Origin: Bacilli bacterium
GTDB taxonomy: Bacteria; Bacillota_I; Bacilli_A; RFN20; CAG-826
Direction of reading: 5' to 3'
Length of the DNA stretch: 64,000 nucleotides
Assembly (NCBI GenBank): GCA_024408085.1
Contig: JAKSVH010000003.1
Span: 17,157 to 81,156 of the forward strand
Shown here: positions 57,908 to 64,000 of the stretch, piece by piece
How the letters are laid out: each line of letters opens with the position of its first letter
Numbering within the stretch: position 1 is the first letter of the stretch
Position numbers and translations under genes: made by a program
Notes under the pieces: model-generated
Seen by the model: the letters and a program-made list of their open reading frames with translations, nothing else
What the model was told of the DNA's origin: nothing
Database searches by the model: none

Positions 57908-59015
57908 AATTATTTATCTAGATAATGCTGCGACGACAAAACCTAATCAGGATGTCGTCGCTTTATATAATGACATCGAAATTAACCATTTCGGAAACAG
58001 TTCTTCCATTCATGGTTTAGGTGTTGATTCTTTAAAGTATTTAAATGCCGCAAGAGAATTAATCCTAAATTCATTTAAAGTTAAGAACTATAAAGTTTAC
58101 TTTACAGGATCTTCAACCGAAGCAAACAACTTAGCAATTAAAGGTTATTGTTATAATCACGCAAACCGCGGAAAACATATCATTACAACCAACATTGAAC
58201 ACCCATCTGTTTTAGAGTGCTTTAGAGCTCTTGAAAATGATGGTTTCAAAGTTACTTACTTAAGAGTAAATGCTCAAGGAATTGTTACTGCAGAAGATGT
58301 TAAGAATGCTATGACTAACGAAACTATTTTGGTTTCTATTATGGCAGTTAATAATGAAATTGGTTCTATTAATCCTATTAAGGAAATTAAAGAAGTTGTT
58401 TCAAAATTCCCAAAGGCAGTTTTACATGTTGATACAACTCAAGCAGTTGGAAAACTTAATTTAGATTACAACAACTGCGATATGTTTGTTGTTTCTTCAC
58501 ACAAAATACACGGATTAAAAGGCAGTGGTGCATTGATTGCAAAATCTAACATTGTTTTTGACCCAGTAATTAATGGTGGTGGACAAGAAGAAGGCATGAG
58601 AAGTGGTACCGTTTCAGTTGCTCACGCTTGTGCTCTTGCAAAAGCAGTTAAAAATCTATTCCCACTCAAAAATATTCGAGATTTGCAGGCGTTTTTGCTC
58701 AAAAACCTCAATATTTTGGACGGAATTGAAATGAACTCAAATGACAAATGTTTACCATATATTGTTAATTTTTCACTTACAAAAAAGAAAGCTTCAGTAG
58801 TTGTTGAAGCCTTATCAAATAAAGGTATTTATGTTAGCTCAGTTAGTGCTTGCAATTCTAAAGGAGAATCAGGTTCTTATGTTGTTAGAGCAATTGGAAA
58901 ATCAGATGAACTTGCACATAACACAATTAGAGTTTCTTTAGATAATCAAACTGCACTTGAAGAATTAGAAATTTTCATTTCAACACTTAAAGATATTTTG
59001 GAGACTATAAAATGA
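57897..59015 (+). CDS. Cysteine desulfurase (class V aminotransferase, NifZ/IscS-like partner of ThiI)
   Basis: PLP-lysine motif SSHKIHG and active-site Cys in SSVSACNS; position upstream of thiI. Confidence 0.88.
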   Translation: MANRIIYLDNAATTKPNQDVVALYNDIEINHFGNSSSIHGLGVDSLKYLNAARELILNSFKVKNYKVYFTGSSTEANNLAIKGYCYNHANRGKHIITTNIEHPSVLECFRALENDGFKVTYLRVNAQGIVTAEDVKNAMTNETILVSIMAVNNEIGSINPIKEIKEVVSKFPKAVLHVDTTQAVGKLNLDYNNCDMFVVSSHKIHGLKGSGALIAKSNIVFDPVINGGGQEEGMRSGTVSVAHACALAKAVKNLFPLKNIRDLQAFLLKNLNILDGIEMNSNDKCLPYIVNFSLTKKKASVVVEALSNKGIYVSSVSACNSKGESGSYVVRAIGKSDELAHNTIRVSLDNQTALEELEIFISTLKDILETIK

Positions 59016-60187
59016 TTTACGACCACATTATGGTTCGCTTTGGAGAATTGTCTACCAAAGGTAAGAACAAAACAGACTTTATTAGAACATTAGCAAAAAA
59101 TATTAAAAATGCTTTGGCTGATTATAGTGAAATCCAAGTCATCACTCAATATGACCACATTTATGTAAAACTTAATGGTCTTGAACCAGAAGGAATAATT
59201 GAAATTCTTCAAGATGTTTCAGGAATTCACTCATTGTCTTTAGTTTTAAAAACTGATCCAGACATTGAAAACTTAAAGAATATTTCTTTAGAAATGGTTA
59301 AAGCTGAAGAAGGCAAAACATTTAAAGTTCACGCAAAGCGCGCAAATAAAAAGTATCCAATTATTTCCGATCAAATTAATCGCGAAATTGCAGGACACAT
59401 TTTAAGAAATACAGATTTAAAAGTTGATGTTCACAATCCTGATATTTTAGTTTCAGTAGAAATTAGAGAAGAAGGAGCTTATATGTTTACACATACTTAC
59501 CCAGCAGCAGGCGGTTATCCACTTGGAGTTGGCGGTAAAACAATGCTCATGTTAAGTGGTGGAATCGATTCTCCAGTTGCAGCTTATCTTCTTATGAAAA
59601 GAGGAATTAGAATTGAGTGTGTTCACTTTGCTTCTCCTCCATACACAAACGCTGGAGTTATTGAAAAACTTAAGGATTTACTAGGGAAATTGAATAAATA
59701 TCAACCAGAAATCCGCTTGAATATTATTCCATTCACAAAGATTCAAGAAGATATTTACAAGTATTGTGATGAATCTTATGCAATCACAATCATGAGAAGG
59801 ATGATGTTTAGAATTGCAGAGAGAATGGCGCGTAGAAGAAGATGTTTAGCAATCTCAACAGGCGAGTCTGTTGGTCAAGTTGCATCTCAAACACTTGATT
59901 CAATGCAAGTCATTAATGAAGTAACCAGAATGCCAGTCATTCGTCCAGTTGTCTGTTATGATAAAGAAGATATTATTAAGCTCGCGCGCAAGATTGATAC
60001 ATTCGAAATTTCAATTAGACCATTCGAAGACTGTTGCACAATCTTTGCTCCAAAGAATCCTAAAACCAAACCAGACTATAAAAAATGTTTAGAGTTTGAA
60101 GAGAAGTGGGATTGGGAATCAGAAATTAATGAAGCTGTTAAGAATGCTGAAGTAATTTATATAAATAAAAATTCTTCATTATTCTAA
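59012..60187 (+). CDS. thiI: tRNA 4-thiouridine(8) synthase ThiI
   Basis: THUMP N-terminal domain and PP-loop SGGIDSPVA. Confidence 0.9.
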   Translation: MIYDHIMVRFGELSTKGKNKTDFIRTLAKNIKNALADYSEIQVITQYDHIYVKLNGLEPEGIIEILQDVSGIHSLSLVLKTDPDIENLKNISLEMVKAEEGKTFKVHAKRANKKYPIISDQINREIAGHILRNTDLKVDVHNPDILVSVEIREEGAYMFTHTYPAAGGYPLGVGGKTMLMLSGGIDSPVAAYLLMKRGIRIECVHFASPPYTNAGVIEKLKDLLGKLNKYQPEIRLNIIPFTKIQEDIYKYCDESYAITIMRRMMFRIAERMARRRRCLAISTGESVGQVASQTLDSMQVINEVTRMPVIRPVVCYDKEDIIKLARKIDTFEISIRPFEDCCTIFAPKNPKTKPDYKKCLEFEEKWDWESEINEAVKNAEVIYINKNSSLF

Positions 60188-60197
60188 AACAGCAATG

Positions 60198-60228
60198 AAA
60201 AAAGGAACCTTAAGGTTCCTTTTGTTTT
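60198..60228. terminator. Bidirectional terminator between thiI and rplT
   Basis: Perfect palindrome AAAAGGAACCTTAAGGTTCCTTTT. Confidence 0.75.
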
Positions 60229-60239
60229 AGCTAATTTAA

Positions 60240-60593
60240 TTATTTAGCTTTCTTTGCAATAGAAACTAAATCAGCAAATGCTTTTGGATCGTTGATTGCA
60301 AGTTCTGCTAACATCTTACGATTAACTTTGATGTTTGCTTTGTTAAGACCGTTGATGAATCTGGAATATGAGATGTCATTCATTCTGCAAGCAGCATTGA
60401 TTCTCTTAATCCAGAGTTTTCTCATATCGCTCTTTAAGTTCTTACGATCGATGTAAGAATAACGGAGTGATCTTAAGACTTGTTCTTTTGCGGTCTTGAA
60501 GAGGAGGTGTTTACTTCCGAAGTAACCACTAGCTCTTTTTAAGATTTTGTGACGACGTGCGTGTGTAACGACACTGTTTTTTACTCTAGCCAT
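60240..60593 (-). CDS. rplT: 50S ribosomal protein L20
   Basis: [20 protein letters not shown]-terminus; 117 aa. Confidence 0.95.
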   Translation of the reverse strand: MARVKNSVVTHARRHKILKRASGYFGSKHLLFKTAKEQVLRSLRYSYIDRKNLKSDMRKLWIKRINAACRMNDISYSRFINGLNKANIKVNRKMLAELAINDPKAFADLVSIAKKAK

Positions 60594-60607
60594 TGTTACT
60601 TACCTCC

Positions 60608-60799
60608 TTATTGAATTAAGGTCTTTACTCTCTTGTAATCTGAATGATCAACGAGTGAAGCCTTTCTTAAATGTCTTTTTTGTTTTGTTGTCTTGCGTGG
60701 TGCAAGGTGTGATGTGTAAGCACTGTGTCTTTTTAATTGACCGGAGCCTGTAACTTTGACTCTTTTAGCAAGTGCTCTTTTTGTTTTCATTTTTGGCAT
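60608..60799 (-). CDS. rpmI: 50S ribosomal protein L35
   Basis: [14 protein letters not shown]-terminus; 63 aa. Confidence 0.93.
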   Translation of the reverse strand: MPKMKTKRALAKRVKVTGSGQLKRHSAYTSHLAPRKTTKQKRHLRKASLVDHSDYKRVKTLIQ

Positions 60800-60811
60800 G
60801 CTATTTTCCTC

Positions 60812-61366
60812 CTACTTTTTACATTTTGATGCTAAAATCGCATTTAACCATTTGCCTTCCATAAATGGTGCTTTTTCAACTGAAGAAACATCAGATAACA
60901 TGGCAATGAAGTTATTCATAACTTCTTCTCCAATTTCAGCGTGACTCATTTGACGACCACGGTATCTAACACGAACGCTAACTTTGTTACCATCTTCGAG
61001 GAAGCGTCTTGCTGCCTTTGCTTTGGTATCAACATCGTGTTGTCCGATTTGTGGAGTTAATTGAATTTCTTTGATTTCAACAATATGTTGATTCTTTTTG
61101 CTTTCTTTAGCTTTCTTTTGTTGTTCATAACGATATTTACCATAGTTTAGTAATTTACAAACTGGTGGTTGTGCGTTAGGCGCAACACAAACTAAATCTA
61201 AATCTGCTTCAACTGCTTTTTGATAGGCTTCTCTAGAAGACATTCTACCTAATTGTTCACCATTGGAACCAATAAGTAAGACTTCTGGGAAGCGGACTCG
61301 CTCATTAATGAGGTCACTGTTGTTTTTTTGTGGACGTTGTTGTCCTTGATTTGGATAGTTATTTAT
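60812..61366 (-). CDS. infC: Translation initiation factor IF-3, proposed non-canonical ATA start
   Basis: The frame stays open upstream of the track's ATG and encodes the conserved INERVRFPEVLLIGSNGEQLG. AGGAGG (61375-61380) lies 8 nt before in-frame ATA (61364-61366). There is no in-frame ATG/GTG/TTG. Confidence 0.8.
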   Translation of the reverse strand: MNNYPNQGQQRPQKNNSDLINERVRFPEVLLIGSNGEQLGRMSSREAYQKAVEADLDLVCVAPNAQPPVCKLLNYGKYRYEQQKKAKESKKNQHIVEIKEIQLTPQIGQHDVDTKAKAARRFLEDGNKVSVRVRYRGRQMSHAEIGEEVMNNFIAMLSDVSSVEKAPFMEGKWLNAILASKCKK

Positions 61367-61543
61367 AACTTCATCCTCCTTGTTAAGAAAAAACGGGCAC
61401 GAAGTGCGCCCGTTTCAATAAAATAACTTGTAAGTTATCGTAGCATGTACCAATCGATTAATCGATCTGGTGAGAAGCAAGGGCGCTCTTCTTTCTACGT
61501 TATTTGCGAGTAATATTAAACTACACATTAAATGTGTTGTCAA
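61367..61543 (-). promoter_or_regulatory. infC operon promoter (TTGACA-17 nt-TTTAAT) plus about 140-nt leader with an intrinsic terminator hairpin (candidate L20-responsive attenuator)
   Basis: -35 at 61538-61543 and -10 at 61515-61520 on the minus strand. Hairpin AAACGGGCGCACTTCGTGCCCGTTTTTT (61388-61416) lies immediately upstream of the infC Shine-Dalgarno. Confidence 0.55.
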
Positions 61544-61693
61544 CTATAAAAGTAATTGTTCTCTTGCAAATATTGTTTTCTTACAATACCCTCGACACTA
61601 AATCAAGGTGTCGTAACGTGAAGAACGATGAGGTAGTTCATTCATACGTTACATACATACTGAATTATTTAGAAAGAAAGTTGAGGTATTAGT

Positions 61694-62044
61694 ATGGCAA
61701 AAACAGAAGAAAAACAATTAGTCGTTGAAAGAGAAACCTATAAAAAGGGTGATGAAGAAAGATTTAGTTACTTTGTTAAAGGTGTCTTACGTGGAAAGGA
61801 AATCAAGGCATATTTACAACCAAAAGACGTTGGTGGTTATCAGTTATTAGATATTGTCTTCTTAACTGAAAAAACTGCTAAATTAGTTGCCGTTCCATTT
61901 GAGGTTAAAGACGAAAACGGAAATATTGTGAAAGGAAACACTTTTGAGGCACAAAATACCGATGAAAACGGAAAAGTTTATTCTTGTCCTCTCGTTCCTC
62001 ACAATCCATCAGACAAAGCAATTTTAAAATTACTTACTGAATAA
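61694..62044 (+). CDS. Hypothetical protein (116 aa), first gene of the small-ORF cluster
   Basis: GAGG 9 nt upstream of the ATG; beta-rich, K/E-rich sequence; no recognisable motif. Confidence 0.5.
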   Translation: MAKTEEKQLVVERETYKKGDEERFSYFVKGVLRGKEIKAYLQPKDVGGYQLLDIVFLTEKTAKLVAVPFEVKDENGNIVKGNTFEAQNTDENGKVYSCPLVPHNPSDKAILKLLTE

Positions 62045-62080
62045 ATTTAATTGATAAACGAACCTCACGTTTGTTAATAG

Positions 62081-62123
62081 GGTAAGTGAGGATACGTAAT
62101 GTTGAATCACTTACCTTTTATTT
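62081..62123 (+). terminator. Rho-independent terminator or attenuator after ORF 61694-62044
   Basis: 9-bp stem GGTAAGTGA / TCACTTACC with a 17-nt loop, followed by TTTTATTT. Confidence 0.5.
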
Positions 62124-62140
62124 ATCAGAAAGGAACAAAT

Positions 62141-62383
62141 ATGGGAAAGGCATTATACGATTACACCGGTTATGGTAGTAATTGGTTAAATAAAAACAAA
62201 ATCACACCATCGTTTATGAAATCGTTTGGAATTAAAACTGATAAGAAAACGATTGATACTCATCTCAAATATTGTTCTATGGGATATGTTGAAACCGGTG
62301 GTATGGGATATATAAAACACGTTGAAATATTTGATTTAAAGGAATTATGTAAACGTTTGAAAAGATACGGACATATTAAATGA
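62141..62383 (+). CDS. Hypothetical small basic protein (80 aa)
   Basis: AAAGGAA Shine-Dalgarno 7 nt upstream of ATG 62141. The track start 62099 lies inside the terminator hairpin. Confidence 0.45.
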   Translation: MGKALYDYTGYGSNWLNKNKITPSFMKSFGIKTDKKTIDTHLKYCSMGYVETGGMGYIKHVEIFDLKELCKRLKRYGHIK

Positions 62384-62475
62384 AAGAAATCTTATTTAGG
62401 GTTGGACTTGTGTTCTTAATGATATTACTCATTGGAATTCAAATCTTGTTCTTATACGTGTTAGTTCTTAATTAA
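62380..62475 (+). CDS. Candidate 31-aa hydrophobic micro-protein (MKEILFRVGLVFLMILLIGIQILFLYVLVLN)
   Basis: ATGA overlap with the preceding ORF. Single TM-length hydrophobic stretch. Below the length cutoff of the ORF track. Confidence 0.35.
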   Translation: MKEILFRVGLVFLMILLIGIQILFLYVLVLN

Positions 62476-62483
62476 AAAAAGTT

Positions 62484-62645
62484 ATGAAAAGACAATTGTT
62501 AAAAACTATTATTTGTGGTGGTGTTTCGGGTTTACCAGAATGTATTGAGTTGTTAAAAAAAGAGTTTTCTAATTTTAATACTCAAATTGTGATTACTGAA
62601 ATACCTATTTATGATGAATACAGAATATCAATTTATACATTATAA
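62484..62645 (+). CDS. Candidate 53-aa protein
   Basis: ATG 8 nt after the previous stop; the frame fills the gap to the next ORF. Not in the ORF track. No clear Shine-Dalgarno. Confidence 0.3.
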   Translation: MKRQLLKTIICGGVSGLPECIELLKKEFSNFNTQIVITEIPIYDEYRISIYTL

Positions 62646-62658
62646 GAAAGGAAAAATT

Positions 62659-62904
62659 ATGTTAAGAAAAAAGACAAAAATAACGAAAGATTTTGATGGC
62701 ATTTGTTGTTTAAAAGATTTGCCTAACAATGTTTTATTTCGTTTTGTAAAAAAAGATGGTTCTTTATCTCGTAAAACCTATGTAAAACGTAAGGGTTCTT
62801 ATGACAGACGTTATAAGGATTATTGCGTAGATTGTTACGATGATATTAACGATTTTAAAAATGTAAAAGGAAACAAAAAAGTTTCTACTAAATTTATATT
62901 TTGA
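62659..62904 (+). CDS. Hypothetical small basic protein (81 aa) with CC...CxxC cysteines
   Basis: AAAGGAAAA Shine-Dalgarno before ATG 62659. GICCLKD and YCVDCYDD motifs. Confidence 0.45.
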   Translation: MLRKKTKITKDFDGICCLKDLPNNVLFRFVKKDGSLSRKTYVKRKGSYDRRYKDYCVDCYDDINDFKNVKGNKKVSTKFIF

Positions 62905-62915
62905 GGTAGAAAGGA
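62902..62915 (+). repeat. Copy 1 of the 14-nt intergenic junction motif TGAGGTAGAAAGGA
   Basis: Identical 14-mer at 63198-63211. In both copies the TGA is the stop of the upstream ORF. Confidence 0.8.
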
Positions 62916-62921
62916 CACAAA

Positions 62922-63200
62922 ATGAGCAGTTATAAATTAAGAAAAAAAATAAAACGCAAACCACGTTATTACATTTATGACGAAATTGATGGTTCGGTTC
63001 ACAAATGTAAAACAAAAAAGGAATTTATGAATTCTATGTTATATAACCGTGAAATTGCCAAAGAATATGGTGATAGTGTTAGATCTAAAAAAACAACAAT
63101 TCATAAATTTAACAAAAGAAAAGATTATGACGAATCGTTTAATGGTTTTGGGTATGCAAAGGCAACTCATAAATCGTTGAAATGGTTTGGTTATAAATGA
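62922..63200 (+). CDS. Hypothetical small basic protein (92 aa)
   Basis: Preceded by the TGAGGTAGAAAGGA junction motif; K/R/Y-rich. Confidence 0.5.
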   Translation: MSSYKLRKKIKRKPRYYIYDEIDGSVHKCKTKKEFMNSMLYNREIAKEYGDSVRSKKTTIHKFNKRKDYDESFNGFGYAKATHKSLKWFGYK

Positions 63201-63211
63201 GGTAGAAAGGA
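63198..63211 (+). repeat. Copy 2 of the 14-nt intergenic junction motif TGAGGTAGAAAGGA
   Basis: Identical to 62902-62915. Confidence 0.8.
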
Positions 63212-63215
63212 AAAT

Positions 63216-63557
63216 ATGGCAACAAAAAAAGATTTGGAAAAAGAAGTTTCTCGTCTTAACGAAAAGTATTTTAAACACGATAAAGAACATTTGGTGATAA
63301 ATGGTGCTTATGGTGGTTGGATGGTTGGTATAACCGGTAAATACAATAAGAAAAGAAAGAAATATCCTAAATGGACTTCAAGTGGTCTTGATTGTGTCGG
63401 AAATGGTTATCACGATACTGCTAAAAAAACTATTGATGGTTTAAGAAAAGCAGAAAATGATGGCTCTTTGAAAAGAAAAGCAAAAAGACATCGTGTTTAT
63501 GTTCGTGAAAGAAGTAAACAAAAAACGTGGTATCCAATTCTTAAAAGATACTATTAA
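63216..63557 (+). CDS. Hypothetical small basic protein (113 aa)
   Basis: Preceded by the same TGAGGTAGAAAGGA junction motif; K/R-rich C-terminus. Confidence 0.5.
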   Translation: MATKKDLEKEVSRLNEKYFKHDKEHLVINGAYGGWMVGITGKYNKKRKKYPKWTSSGLDCVGNGYHDTAKKTIDGLRKAENDGSLKRKAKRHRVYVRERSKQKTWYPILKRYY

Positions 63558-63668
63558 TTTATTTTCTCTTACTTGTTTTAGTTTAATAACGAGTGAATTT
63601 ATACATTAACAAATTGAGGTTGTTATCAAAATTTTATGTCTTACAAGACGAAAGGAAAAATTTAATTT

Positions 63669-64000
63669 ATGAAAGCAAGAAATATTATTGGTGGAATTCT
63701 CGCATTACTTTTAGTTGGTGGTGTCGTTGGTTCTGTTGGTTATCTTTCAAAAGGATTTAAAGATTTTGATTACAAAACTTGGTTCGCAAAGGATGAGGGA
63801 ACATTAACAACAAAAATAAATAATGACGAAGATAATCCATCACAAGAAGAAACCGGTGGCGGTCAATCAGAAGATACATCATCAGAAGAAACTGGTGGCG
63901 GTTCAGAGGGTGGCGGTCAATCAGAAGATAGACCTTCCGAAGATACTAGACAAAATTTGCGTGTATTTAGTTTTGCTAATGAATTAACTACCAGTGAATT
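63669..64000 (+). CDS. Membrane-anchored protein with a Gly/Ser/Glu-rich linker (3' end beyond the window)
   Basis: AAAGGAAAA Shine-Dalgarno; N-terminal TM helix IIGGILALLLVGGVVGSVGYL; repeated ETGGG(Q)SED units. The frame is open to the window end. Confidence 0.55.
   Translation, partial: MKARNIIGGILALLLVGGVVGSVGYLSKGFKDFDYKTWFAKDEGTLTTKINNDEDNPSQEETGGGQSEDTSSEETGGGSEGGGQSEDRPSEDTRQNLRVFSFANELTTSE
63855..63930 (+). repeat. Perfect 22-nt direct repeat GGTGGCGGTCAATCAGAAGATA (63855-63876 and 63909-63930) within the last CDS
   Basis: Read directly from the sequence. The 54-nt period equals 18 codons of the G/S/E-rich linker. Confidence 0.85.

Noticed and set aside
61523-61537. 15-bp perfect palindrome ACACATTAAATGTGT filling the spacer of the infC promoter (possible operator)
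   Set aside because: Palindromes with 7-bp AT-rich arms are expected by chance several times in 64 kb of this composition, and there is no second copy or known regulator motif. It is recorded but not claimed.
61504-61692. 62-aa ORF between infC and the small-ORF cluster
   Set aside because: It overlaps the infC promoter and the 5' UTR of ORF 61694, has no Shine-Dalgarno, and has an implausible composition.

Overview
This is a 64-kb AT-rich segment (about one-third G+C by eye) of a low-GC Bacillota-type chromosome. It uses the standard genetic code: TGA is a frequent stop and there are no in-frame TGAs in conserved genes. About 61.5 kb is densely packed housekeeping DNA. Several blocks share gene order with Bacillus subtilis: ylbF-rsmD-coaD; gmk ... 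rlmN-PP2C phosphatase-Ser/Thr kinase-rsgA-rpe opposite rpmB; tyrS / rpsD / ezrA-cysteine desulfurase-thiI; infC-rpmI-rplT; and a complete F1Fo atp operon. It also holds four aminoacyl-tRNA synthetases (trpS, proS, leuS, tyrS), rnj, def, spx, glpK, pfk, ppa and five tRNAs (Ser-GGA, Ser-CGA, Ser-GCT, Gly-TCC, Asp-GTC). I saw no rRNA, CRISPR array, transposase or integrase. Accessory content is limited to an MNT/HEPN toxin-antitoxin pair at the left edge and, from about 61.56 kb to the right edge, a same-strand cluster of very small, basic ORFs of unknown function. That cluster starts next to the infC promoter and is the best candidate for something undescribed. Other notable signals: (1) at least 12 genes have a -10 hexamer 6-10 nt upstream of the ATG and no Shine-Dalgarno sequence, which points to widespread leaderless mRNAs. 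(2) The ATP synthase c subunit carries a two-carboxylate Na+-type ion-binding signature. (3) infC appears to start at ATA behind an L20-leader-like attenuator. (4) An uncharacterised gene downstream of gmk ends in a Cys/His/acidic tail. (5) The PrkC-like kinase has no transmembrane segment or PASTA domains. (6) One membrane protein has a degenerate EAL-like domain. (7) The phosphofructokinase has PPi-type specificity residues. All calls come from reading the sequence and translations by eye; no database search was run.
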